In this document: piece by piece, positions 52,907-61,020 of the stretch
Layout of the letters: every line of letters starts with the position of its first letter
Position numbering within the stretch: position 1 is the first letter of the stretch
Source of the DNA: Acidobacteria bacterium 28-1
GTDB lineage: Bacteria > Acidobacteriota > Blastocatellia > Pyrinomonadales > Pyrinomonadaceae
Reading direction: 5' to 3'
Assembly (NCBI GenBank): GCA_002050365.1
Contig: MWYZ01000108.1
Location: 16,754-80,753 of the forward strand
Length of the DNA stretch: 64,000 nucleotides
Position numbers and translations under genes: made by a program
The notes under the pieces: generated by a model
Database searches by the model: none
Told to the model about the DNA's origin: nothing
The model's input: only the letters and a program-made list of their open reading frames with translations

Positions 52907-53728
52907 ATGAAAATAGGAATCAGCGGCAAAGGTGGTTCGGGTAAAACGACAATTTCGGCGACGCTGGCGCGTGTCTTTGCGCGTCAAGGTTTTCCCGTTT
53001 TGGCGATTGACGGCGACCCGAATCCGAATCTGGGAATGGCTCTGGGTTTAAAAGCCGAAACGCTCGAAGAAACTCATTCTATTCCGCGCAGTATTGTCGA
53101 AAGAAAAGAAGACGCGGACGGCAAAATGCGGATGGTTTTAAAAGATTCGGTGGAAAACATTACTGCGCTACACGGCATTGCCGCGCCAGACGGAATTCGT
53201 TTGATAGTTGGCACGAAAGTCGAAAATCCGGGCGCGGGCTGACTCTGTTCCGCACACGCTGCCGTGCGCAGCCTGATGGGAGAAATCGTTTCGGAAGCCG
53301 ACAATATCACTGTGATGGATATGGAAGCGTCTTTGGAACACCTGAGTCGCGGCACGGTTCGCCACGTTGACGTTTTGCTGATTGTTACCGAACCGTATTA
53401 TCGTTCGCTTGAAACCGCCCGCCGGACTTTGCCGCTCGCTCGCGGTCTCGGCATCAATCACATTTACGCCGTCGTCAATAAATATCGAAGCGCGGAAGAC
53501 GAGAAAGCCGTGACGAGTTTTTGCCGAAACAATGATTTGGAAATTATCGCCAAAATTCCTTTTGACGAAAACGTAACGAAAGCCGATTTGGAAGGAAAAT
53601 CTTTATACGATTTTAATTCCGCCGCGCCCGTTGTGACGGAAGTTGAAAAACTCGCTGCGACATTGCGCGAGCGTGTGCCGCTGAATAATTCTTCGGCGAG
53701 CAAAATATTAACCAAGCCGAACTGTTAG
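52907..53728 (+). CDS. CooC/MinD-type P-loop NTPase (metallocentre maturation factor-like) with an in-frame UGA at 53240-53242; candidate selenoprotein
   Basis: Track ORFs 52907..53242 and 53264..53728 share one frame, with no further stop in between. Read-through gives MKIGISGKGGSGKTT...LIVGTKVENPGAG-U-LC-SAHAAVRSLMGEIV...DMEASLEHLSRGT... The UGA falls at the first Cys of the CooC-type G.GCxC metal motif. Confidence 0.55.
53258..53272 (+). other. Candidate SECIS-like hairpin GCUGC-CGUGC-GCAGC
   Basis: 5-bp GC stem with a 5-nt loop. It is extendable by CA/UG across a C-C mismatch and starts 16 nt after the UGA. Confidence 0.3.
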
Positions 53729-53743
53729 ATTGAGGAGAATTTT

Positions 53744-55000
53744 ATGTTAGACGACCCTAAATCACTAGCCGGAAACCCGACTGACAATAACGTCGCGCCG
53801 CAGGTCAAACCAGAAGAGAAACTGGCGGAGCTTTCCTTCGGACCTTTGAAGACGGTTCACGTTTTTTGGCTGGCGGGAATGAGCTGCGACGGCTGCACGG
53901 TTGCCGTGGCGGGCGCGACGCAGCCGCCGCTTGAAAATTTGCTGACCGGAACGGTTACCGGCGTTCCGCAGGTTATTCTTCATCATCCGGTGTTATCAAT
54001 CGAAGCGGGCGAGGAATTTATTGCAAATTTTTACAAGGCTGAACGTGGCGAACTCGACGCGCCTTATGTCGTTTGCTATGAAGGCTCAATCGCTGACGAA
54101 AGAATCGCGGCGGCAACCGGCGGATATTTCTCGGCAATCGGTTCGGAACGCTTGAGCGATGACGTTCACCGTCCGATTCCGACAACCGAATGGCTCAAAA
54201 GACTTGCGCCGGGCGCGGCGGCTGTCATTGCAATCGGAACTTGCGCAACGTGGGGCGGAATTCCCGCCGCCGCCGGAAACCCGACGAACTCGATGAGTTT
54301 GATGGATTTTCTCGGCAAAGATTATCGCGGCACCGCCGGTTTGCCGGTCATTAACATTCCGGGATGCGCGCCCGTCGGCGACAATTTTACCGAAACGGTG
54401 GCGATGGTTTTGCTTTTCCTGCAAGGCATCGGACCGCTGCCCGAATTTGACGAACTCGGTCGTCCGGCGTGGCTTTTCAAGGAAACCGTGCATCAGCGAT
54501 GCGTTCGCGGCGGTTATTATGAAGAAGGTATTTTTGCCACCGAATACGGCGGCAAAGAGTGTCTGGTGGAAATCGGCTGTTGGGGTCCGGTTGTGCAGTG
54601 CAATATCACGCAACGCGGAGCAATCAATCACATGGGCGGCTGTATGAACACGGGCGGCGTTTGTATCGGCTGCACGATGCCCGGTTTTCCCGACAAATTC
54701 GCGCCCTTTTATAAAACGCCGCCGGGTTCGACGGTTTCCAGCAATGCCGTGCGGACTTACGGCGCAGTCATCAGGCGGTTGCGGCGAATGACGCAGCAGT
54801 TTCAAAATATGGAGCCGCGCTGGGATGAAAGCAATCAGCCCGTTCCGAGCGGTTGGGGGCAAGTCGAAAAACCGTCTCTGGTCAATAAGGCAATCCATTA
54901 TCTTTATGAAAAAATGCAGTATCGCGGTTCGGTCAGACCGGGCGATTATGTCGGTGAAGGCTCGCTTAAAGCGAAGGGAAAACATACGCCGGAAGTTTAA
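53744..55000 (+). CDS. [NiFe]-hydrogenase small subunit without twin-arginine signal (group 1h/5, HhyS-like)
   Basis: VHVFWLAGMSCDGCTVA is the proximal cluster motif, and further Cys clusters include GCWGPVVQCN and GGVCIGCTMPGFPD. The N-terminus lacks RRxF. It has a GAGGAG RBS. Confidence 0.9.
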   Translation: MLDDPKSLAGNPTDNNVAPQVKPEEKLAELSFGPLKTVHVFWLAGMSCDGCTVAVAGATQPPLENLLTGTVTGVPQVILHHPVLSIEAGEEFIANFYKAERGELDAPYVVCYEGSIADERIAAATGGYFSAIGSERLSDDVHRPIPTTEWLKRLAPGAAAVIAIGTCATWGGIPAAAGNPTNSMSLMDFLGKDYRGTAGLPVINIPGCAPVGDNFTETVAMVLLFLQGIGPLPEFDELGRPAWLFKETVHQRCVRGGYYEEGIFATEYGGKECLVEIGCWGPVVQCNITQRGAINHMGGCMNTGGVCIGCTMPGFPDKFAPFYKTPPGSTVSSNAVRTYGAVIRRLRRMTQQFQNMEPRWDESNQPVPSGWGQVEKPSLVNKAIHYLYEKMQYRGSVRPGDYVGEGSLKAKGKHTPEV

Positions 55001-55617
55001 GTCAGAACCGTTTGCGGTAGCGAACGGGTTTTTACGCAATTATGTGGAACGATACCGACACACCTTTAGCCTATTTAATTACGTTTCGCACTTACGGAAC
55101 GTGGTTGCACGGTGATTCTCGCGGGTCTGTTGACCGATTTCATAATGTTTATAATTCGCCGTTTATTACAGCGAATGAAAGATGGCGACAATATAATACG
55201 CAAGTGCTTAAAGATAAACCTGTTTTACTGAACACAAAACAGCGTGAAACGGTTGAATTTGCCATCCGCGAAACCTGCGAGAAACGCAATTGGTTATTGC
55301 GGGCAATCAACGTGCGAACAAATCACGTTCATACCGTAATCACAATCGGCTTAGAAAAACCGGAAAAGGCACTTAACGCTTTCAAGGCAAATGCGACAAG
55401 AAAGATGCGCGAAGATAAGTGTTGGAATTCCGAAAATAGTCCTTGGGCTGTCAAAGGAAGTCGGCGTTACTTGTGGAATGAACGCAGTATCGAGATAGCG
55501 ATTGATTATGTGATTAATGGGCAAGGTGATGAGTTACTGAAGTTTGATTAAGCGTGGTTTTTAGTCGTTGGCTGCCGAACGACATTTTACCCGCCCGCTA
55601 CCGCAGGCGGTTCTGAC
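55001..55617 (+). mobile_element. REPtron: RAYT transposase gene bracketed by inverted REP sequences, inserted between the hydrogenase subunit genes
   Basis: The left REP is GTCAGAACCGTTTGCGGTAGCGAACGGG (55001-55028) and the right REP is CCCGCCCGCTACCGCAGGCGGTTCTGAC (55590-55617). They are inverted relative to each other. The left REP begins at the first base after the small-subunit stop, and the right REP ends 9 nt before the large-subunit ATG. Confidence 0.8.
55042..55551 (+). CDS. REP-associated tyrosine transposase (RAYT, IS200/IS605 Y1 superfamily)
   Basis: YLITFRTYGTWLHGDSRG, the HUH motif TNHVHTVI, and Tyr in the GSRRYLWNERS region. Length is 169 aa. Confidence 0.8.
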   Translation: MWNDTDTPLAYLITFRTYGTWLHGDSRGSVDRFHNVYNSPFITANERWRQYNTQVLKDKPVLLNTKQRETVEFAIRETCEKRNWLLRAINVRTNHVHTVITIGLEKPEKALNAFKANATRKMREDKCWNSENSPWAVKGSRRYLWNERSIEIAIDYVINGQGDELLKFD

Positions 55618-55626
55618 AATAATATT

Positions 55627-57534
55627 ATGTGCTTCAAAAATTTACCGATTGAATTCGACGAGCAGGGCAAGGCTTTTTTAAAGGGCGGCATCCGCGACCC
55701 GTATTCGACCAAAAACGCGATTACCTCGGTTGGCGAAGTCAAGCAAATGCCATACGACACGGTGCGCGAACTGCTGGCGCGAAACGGCTACATCAAAGAC
55801 GTTGATTTCGACCCGGTTACGCGCGTCGCCGGCGCGCTCGCTTTTCACGGCGTGGCGGATTTGGAAAACCGCAAGTTTATCGAAGCGCGTTCGATGGCGA
55901 CTTTGTTTCGCGGCTACGAAATTATTATGCAGGGACGCGACCCGCGCGACGCGATTTTTATCACGAGCCGCGCCTGCGGCGTGTGCGGCGGCGTTCACTC
56001 GTCGTGCGCCGCTTTAGGAATCGAGATGGCTTTTGGCATCACGCCGCCGCCGCTCGGAATTATCGTGCGAAATCTGATGCTCTCGCTCGAATTTTTATAT
56101 GACAATCCGCTGCATCTTTTCCTGCTCGCCGGACCCGATTATTCGGAACTGATAGTCAAAGCGACGACTCCGAGTTTGTGGGAAAAAGCCCTAAAGACCG
56201 CCGCCCCGAATGCCGAGCATCACGGCTATGCGATGATGAGCGATTTGATGCGCGATATGAACCCGCTTTCAGGAAATCTTTATCTCGAAGCGCTGCATAT
56301 GACGCGCGTCGCGCGTGAAGCGTATGTCGTTATCGGCGGTAAATATCCGCATCCCGAAACGCTCGTGCCGGGCGGTGTCAGCACGACCGTCACTCTGCAA
56401 ACTTTCAACGAAATTTACAGCCGGCTGCATCAATTTTTCGATTACTCGAAAAAAGTGGTAATGATTTGGGACGATTTGACCGACTTTTTCTACGATGCAA
56501 ATCCCGAATATCGGAAAAACGGAATGCGGGCGGCGAATATGGTTGACTTGGGAATTTGGGATGACCCTGACGTTTACGACGCGACCTACGAAAATTGCAA
56601 CGAATGGGGCAAAAATCGCTGGTCAACGCCGGGCGCAATTATCGGCGGCGAACTTGTTACCACCGATTTACAAAGTATCAATTTGGGGATGGAAGAGTTT
56701 ATCGAACACTCGTTCTACGAACAATGGTCAAACGGCGATGGTAATGGCGGCGGTTTGAAACATCCGACCGACCCGAAAGGTGCGCCGCTCTCGCCGTATC
56801 ACCCGTGGAACAAGCAAACTCTGCCGCGTCCGACGGGACAAAATTGGCGCGAAAAATATACCTGGGCAACGTCACCGCGCTGGGATAGGCAGGTTTTTGA
56901 AGCCGGTTCTTACGCCCGCGTTTGGAACACCGCCGCCGCGCAGAAAATTCGCCCGAATCCGTTTATTGAATCTACGGGAACGAGCCTGAAAATGCGTCTG
57001 CCAAAAGCGGCAAAACCGGAAATGAATATCGAATGGAAGATTCCGACCGATTGGAACACTTTCGAGCGCAACAAAGCGCGTGCTTACGGCGTGGCTTTTA
57101 CGGCACTCGTCGCAATGAACGATTGGCTCAAAGGTCTCGACCTTTTGAAAAAAGGAGAAACAAAAGTCAGCACCGAATTTGAGATTCCGAAAACAAACCG
57201 CATCGGCGTCGGATTCTGGGGGGCGGGACGCGGTTTTCTCTCGCATCATATGGAACTCGACAAGGGCATCGTAACCAACTATCAAATCGTTACGCCTTCG
57301 ACGATTAACGCTTCGCCGATGGACGCTTGGGACAAACACGGAGCGTATGAAGAAGCCGTGCTGAACACGCCGATTCTCGAAGAATTCGACAAACCGGAAA
57401 ATTACAAAGGCATTGATTTGCTGCGGACTTTGCGGAGTTTCGACCCGTGTATGCCCTGCACAACGCACATCTACGCGGGTGAGCACAAAGTTGTCAGGGA
57501 AATCAACACTTGCGCTTGCGGCGTTGACGGTTAA
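55627..57534 (+). CDS. [NiFe]-hydrogenase large subunit (group 1h/5, HhyL-like)
   Basis: The N-terminal motif is SRACGVCGGVHSSCAA and the C-terminal motif is FDPCMPCTTH, followed by a 21-aa tail that would be removed by the maturation protease. Confidence 0.9.
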   Translation: MCFKNLPIEFDEQGKAFLKGGIRDPYSTKNAITSVGEVKQMPYDTVRELLARNGYIKDVDFDPVTRVAGALAFHGVADLENRKFIEARSMATLFRGYEIIMQGRDPRDAIFITSRACGVCGGVHSSCAALGIEMAFGITPPPLGIIVRNLMLSLEFLYDNPLHLFLLAGPDYSELIVKATTPSLWEKALKTAAPNAEHHGYAMMSDLMRDMNPLSGNLYLEALHMTRVAREAYVVIGGKYPHPETLVPGGVSTTVTLQTFNEIYSRLHQFFDYSKKVVMIWDDLTDFFYDANPEYRKNGMRAANMVDLGIWDDPDVYDATYENCNEWGKNRWSTPGAIIGGELVTTDLQSINLGMEEFIEHSFYEQWSNGDGNGGGLKHPTDPKGAPLSPYHPWNKQTLPRPTGQNWREKYTWATSPRWDRQVFEAGSYARVWNTAAAQKIRPNPFIESTGTSLKMRLPKAAKPEMNIEWKIPTDWNTFERNKARAYGVAFTALVAMNDWLKGLDLLKKGETKVSTEFEIPKTNRIGVGFWGAGRGFLSHHMELDKGIVTNYQIVTPSTINASPMDAWDKHGAYEEAVLNTPILEEFDKPENYKGIDLLRTLRSFDPCMPCTTHIYAGEHKVVREINTCACGVDG

Positions 57535-57623
57535 TAATGCCCTCTCGGTTTCCTTGGCTTTTAACAATTTGTTTAGGATTGACATATTTTAAGGATACGC
57601 GAAAATAAAAGCGGAGGCGTTTT

Positions 57624-57857
57624 ATGACTAACGAAGAAATTTTGCGCGAAATTAATTCTCTGCCGCTTGAAGCTCAACGCCAGATTGAAGATTTTGTTTT
57701 TTTTCTGCGAGAGCGTTACAAATCGCCGCAACCGGAAAGCATTCCGGCTTCTGATTTACAAACCGAAGCGTTTGTCGGAATGTGGCGCGACCGCGAAGAT
57801 ATAAGCGACAGTTCGGCTTGGGTTCGCAGCGTCCGCGAAACACATTGGAGCAAGTGA
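57624..57857 (+). CDS. VapB-type antitoxin (DUF2281-like)
   Basis: The 77-aa protein MTNEEILREINSLPLEAQRQIEDFVFFLRERY... ends 1 nt before the PIN toxin gene. Confidence 0.6.
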   Translation: MTNEEILREINSLPLEAQRQIEDFVFFLRERYKSPQPESIPASDLQTEAFVGMWRDREDISDSSAWVRSVRETHWSK

Positions 57858-57858
57858 G

Positions 57859-58251
57859 ATGGCTTTAACCATTGTGGATTCGGACATTTTAATTGACGTG
57901 GCGCGTGGCGACAGCGACGCAATCAATTATTGCCAGCGTCTTGAAAAAGCTTCCGTTTTGGCTGTCAGCACCGTAACACAATTGGAATTGATTGTCGGTT
58001 GTCGAAACAAAACGGAGTTGAAAGACCTCGAAAAATTTCTGAATCGTTACCAGATTCTGAAAATCACCGACCAAATCTCCGACCGCGCGGTTGATTTATT
58101 GAAACAATATTTTTTGAGTCACGGTTTGTTAATTGCCGACGGGCTGATTGCCGCAACTGCGCTTGTTCACAATGAAGCGTTCGTATCAAAGAACCAACGC
58201 GACTTTCGTTTTATCGCAGGCTTGAATTTATCACCCTATCCATTAAATTAA
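57859..58251 (+). CDS. vapC: VapC PIN-domain toxin
   Basis: The N-terminal acidic motif is IVDSDILID. It also has ...SKNQRDF near the C-terminus. Length is 130 aa. Confidence 0.8.
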   Translation: MALTIVDSDILIDVARGDSDAINYCQRLEKASVLAVSTVTQLELIVGCRNKTELKDLEKFLNRYQILKITDQISDRAVDLLKQYFLSHGLLIADGLIAATALVHNEAFVSKNQRDFRFIAGLNLSPYPLN

Positions 58252-58261
58252 AAAAGTAGTC

Positions 58262-58765
58262 GTGAAAGTTTTAATCGCCGGAGTCGGTCATCCCAACTTA
58301 AAAGATTTATCTTTCGGACAGGTTTTGCTTCCGCATTTAAAAAAGCAAAAATGGGCGAAAGATTTCGACCTTGAAAATTTGAGTTTCGGCGCGATTGCGG
58401 TTTTGCAGTGGTTTCAGGATTTTCCCGGTAAATACGAGAGAGTCGTTTTCGTTTCGGCGGCGGAACGCGCAGGACGCAAGCCCGGAACTTTGGACGTTTA
58501 TAAGTGGGATTTTGCGCCGCTTGACGAGGAAGTCGTGCAGGAATGCGTGGCTGAATCGGTCACGGGAATTATCAGTCTGGATAATTTGATGATGATTTTG
58601 CAGTATTTCAAGGCTTTGCCGCCGGAAGTCGTTGTGTTAGACCTTGAGCCGATTGATTCGGAAATTGGTTTTGAATGCAGTCCCGAAATTACGGCGCGTT
58701 TTGATGAGTTCGGCGAAATTATCAGAGAGAAGGCGACGGCAAAATTGGAAACTAAAAATGAGTGA
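58262..58765 (+). CDS. Second, divergent HupD/HyaD-like hydrogenase maturation protease homologue
   Basis: VLIAGVGHPNLKDLSFGQVL...RVVFVSAAERAGRKPGTLDVY parallels ILIAGIGNIFLGDDAFG...VTVFIDATPRGDAPGTIYL of the 44474..44992 protein. The GDD motif is not conserved. Confidence 0.55.
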   Translation: MKVLIAGVGHPNLKDLSFGQVLLPHLKKQKWAKDFDLENLSFGAIAVLQWFQDFPGKYERVVFVSAAERAGRKPGTLDVYKWDFAPLDEEVVQECVAESVTGIISLDNLMMILQYFKALPPEVVVLDLEPIDSEIGFECSPEITARFDEFGEIIREKATAKLETKNE

Positions 58766-59666
58766 AATAACCACGGAAGTTGCAGAAGAAACAACCGCTT
58801 TCGACCAATTAAATATCCTGCTCGAATCAATCGAACAGCACCCGGAAGAAGCGGTTCGCAACCACGTTCGCGCTCTGGTTTATACGCTGCTCGACCTTCA
58901 TCACGGCGCGTTGCAGCGCATTGTCGAAATAGTTTCCGCGCAGCCGACGGGCGAAAAAATATTGCAGGAATTAAGCGACGACGAGCTTGTGCAGGCGGTT
59001 TTGATGGTTCACGAATTGATGGCGCAGCCGCTTGAAACGCGCATTGAAAACGCGCTCGAAATCGCCCGCGAGCAACTGAAAATTTACGGCGCGGATGTCG
59101 AACTCATTGAAGTCAAAAACGGAGTTGCTCAATTAAAACTTTTTGGCGGCGCATCAACCGCGAATGTTTCGACCACTATTCTAAAAGCCGAAATCGAACA
59201 CGCTTTGCACGAACACACGCCCGATTTGCTCAACGTCGAATACGAAGACACGATTGCTCCGACGCGCCCGCCGAAATTGGTGCAGATTCTGCCGCGCCAA
59301 CCCGTTCAAAACACCGCGTCGAAGGAATTTTTTATGGCGATAATCCGCGCCGACCAGGTTCCTGATAACGGACTGCGTGTTGTTGAAACGGGCGGCATCA
59401 ATTTGCTCTTGTGCAATGTGGCGGGAACGATTTACACTTTTCAAAATGCTTGCGCCGAAGGGAATTTGCCGCTTGACGAAAGTATTTTAGAAGACGGCGT
59501 TTTGACTTGTCCGTGCCACGGTTATCAATTCGACGCGCGGCAAAAAGGACGCTGTTTGACCGACCCGAAATTGCGGCTTGAAGCGTTGCCGATGCGAGTG
59601 GAAAATGATGTTGTTAAAGTCGCTTTGCCAAAGGAGGACGAAATAAATGCAGGAACAAACCATTGA
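58758..59666 (+). CDS. NifU-like + Rieske-like two-domain protein (HhyE-like accessory protein)
   Basis: The NifU C-terminal-like segment is IENALEIAREQLKIYGADVELIEVKNGVAQLKLFGG. The Rieske-like C-terminus carries CPCHGYQFD. ATG 58758 overlaps the previous gene by 8 nt. Confidence 0.6.
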   Translation: MSEITTEVAEETTAFDQLNILLESIEQHPEEAVRNHVRALVYTLLDLHHGALQRIVEIVSAQPTGEKILQELSDDELVQAVLMVHELMAQPLETRIENALEIAREQLKIYGADVELIEVKNGVAQLKLFGGASTANVSTTILKAEIEHALHEHTPDLLNVEYEDTIAPTRPPKLVQILPRQPVQNTASKEFFMAIIRADQVPDNGLRVVETGGINLLLCNVAGTIYTFQNACAEGNLPLDESILEDGVLTCPCHGYQFDARQKGRCLTDPKLRLEALPMRVENDVVKVALPKEDEINAGTNH

Positions 59667-60033
59667 TTTGATTAAGACCAACGAACAGCCCTCTCTTTTC
59701 TGGCAGGACGAGATTTTGCAGGTGATGTATTGGATGCGCGGCGAAGGTTTCGGCGAAAAAATTACCGTCTCCGAATTGAAGAAATTTCTCGACGCTTCAA
59801 ACGAAATTCTCGCCGCCAATTTATCGCAATTGGCGAAAAACGGTTTGATCAATTTTGACTTTTCAGACACTTACGAACTAACCGAAACGGGTATCAAAGA
59901 AGGCGGACGACGTTTTGCCGACGAGTTTGACGGAATGCTCAAACAAGGTCATTACGAATGCGACGACCCCGATTGCGATTGCCACAGCCCCGATGCCGTG
60001 CCGTGCCGCGCCGTCCACAATCATCAACAGTAG
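59647..60033 (+). CDS. Hypothetical protein with Cys/His/Asp-rich C-terminus
   Basis: It has an AAGGAGGA RBS and is 128 aa long. The C-terminus HYECDDPDCDCHSPDAVPCRAVHNH looks metal-binding. Confidence 0.5.
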   Translation: MQEQTIDLIKTNEQPSLFWQDEILQVMYWMRGEGFGEKITVSELKKFLDASNEILAANLSQLAKNGLINFDFSDTYELTETGIKEGGRRFADEFDGMLKQGHYECDDPDCDCHSPDAVPCRAVHNHQQ

Positions 60034-60143
60034 CCGTTCAATTCAGGATTTGTAGTTTGTCTTGCACCGCCGCGCTTCGCTGGCGATTTCACGCTAAAGC
60101 GTGGACTCTGAACGCTGTGTCTTTCTAGCGAACGAATTCAAAT

Positions 60144-60962
60144 ATGAAACATATTCTAGCAACTGCGGTTTTGATAATAACTGTATCAACATTCGCTTTC
60201 GGTCAATGCAGCGACGCGGAAAAAAAGGCTCTCGAAGCGTTTGATTTGGCGTGGGAGGCAGCCGGACAGCGCGGCGACCGTGCTTATCTGGAAAGCACAT
60301 TTGCCGATGATTTTGTCGCTTTGCCTGCAATGACAAACAAAACTCAGACGATTGACAATATTCTTCGTCGGGCTGAGCGCAACAAAGCCAATCCGCAGAC
60401 GGCCGACATGGTAATTTCTGACAATTACATTATCTCCTGCACGCCGACGACGGCGACCATCACGCACCGTCTTTTGGTCACAGTCAAAAACAGCGCGGGC
60501 AAGGAAGAAACTTTTTATAACCGGAGCGTCCACGTTCTTGAAAAGCGCGGCGGACGCTGGCAAGCCGTTACTAACGCCAATCACGAAGTCAGCGACTATG
60601 CCGTTTTAGATTATATGAAACGCGATTGGAACAACGCTTTAATAAAACGCGATACGCCGTGGTTTGAGCGAAATTACGCCGCCGATGCCAGCGAAATTGA
60701 CGGCAAAGCGGGCGCGATTAGCGGACGGGCGGCGATGATTGCAAAAATAAAAGCCGACAAAAGCGCGTTTGAATCCGCCGAACTTTCCGAAACGGACGTT
60801 CGCATCGAAGGCGGCACGGCGATCGTAACGGGCGTTAATCGTCTCAAAGGGCGAGACGAAAAAAATCAGTCTTTCGATATGCGGGTTCGTTTTACCGATA
60901 CATTCGTTAAGCGGGACGGACGCTGGCAGATTTGGGCGACGCACGGAACACGCATTCCGTAA
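60144..60962 (+). CDS. Secreted protein with two SnoaL/DUF4440-like (NTF2-fold) domains
   Basis: After a signal peptide there are two repeats of the pattern W..A...D......l.ADDF/...RDGRWQ (GGRWQAVTNANH and RDGRWQIWATHGT). Confidence 0.6.
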   Translation: MKHILATAVLIITVSTFAFGQCSDAEKKALEAFDLAWEAAGQRGDRAYLESTFADDFVALPAMTNKTQTIDNILRRAERNKANPQTADMVISDNYIISCTPTTATITHRLLVTVKNSAGKEETFYNRSVHVLEKRGGRWQAVTNANHEVSDYAVLDYMKRDWNNALIKRDTPWFERNYAADASEIDGKAGAISGRAAMIAKIKADKSAFESAELSETDVRIEGGTAIVTGVNRLKGRDEKNQSFDMRVRFTDTFVKRDGRWQIWATHGTRIP

Positions 60963-61020
60963 CCGAAGTTTCACCTTTTAAATTTGCAAAAACGCGGGAA
61001 AATCGAAAAGTATAATATTT

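Noticed and set aside
54086-55039. A 317-codon minus-strand ORF antisense to the hydrogenase small-subunit gene. Similarly, 56872..57585 lies antisense to the large subunit.
   Set aside because: These are Arg-rich, low-complexity shadow frames of strongly supported genes. They have no motifs and no RBS.
57442-57468. The possibility that the large subunit is a [NiFeSe] enzyme, given the two UGA candidates in the window.
   Set aside because: The C-terminal motif is DPCMPCTTH, with both positions encoded as Cys (TGT/TGC). There is no in-frame UGA in the large subunit.
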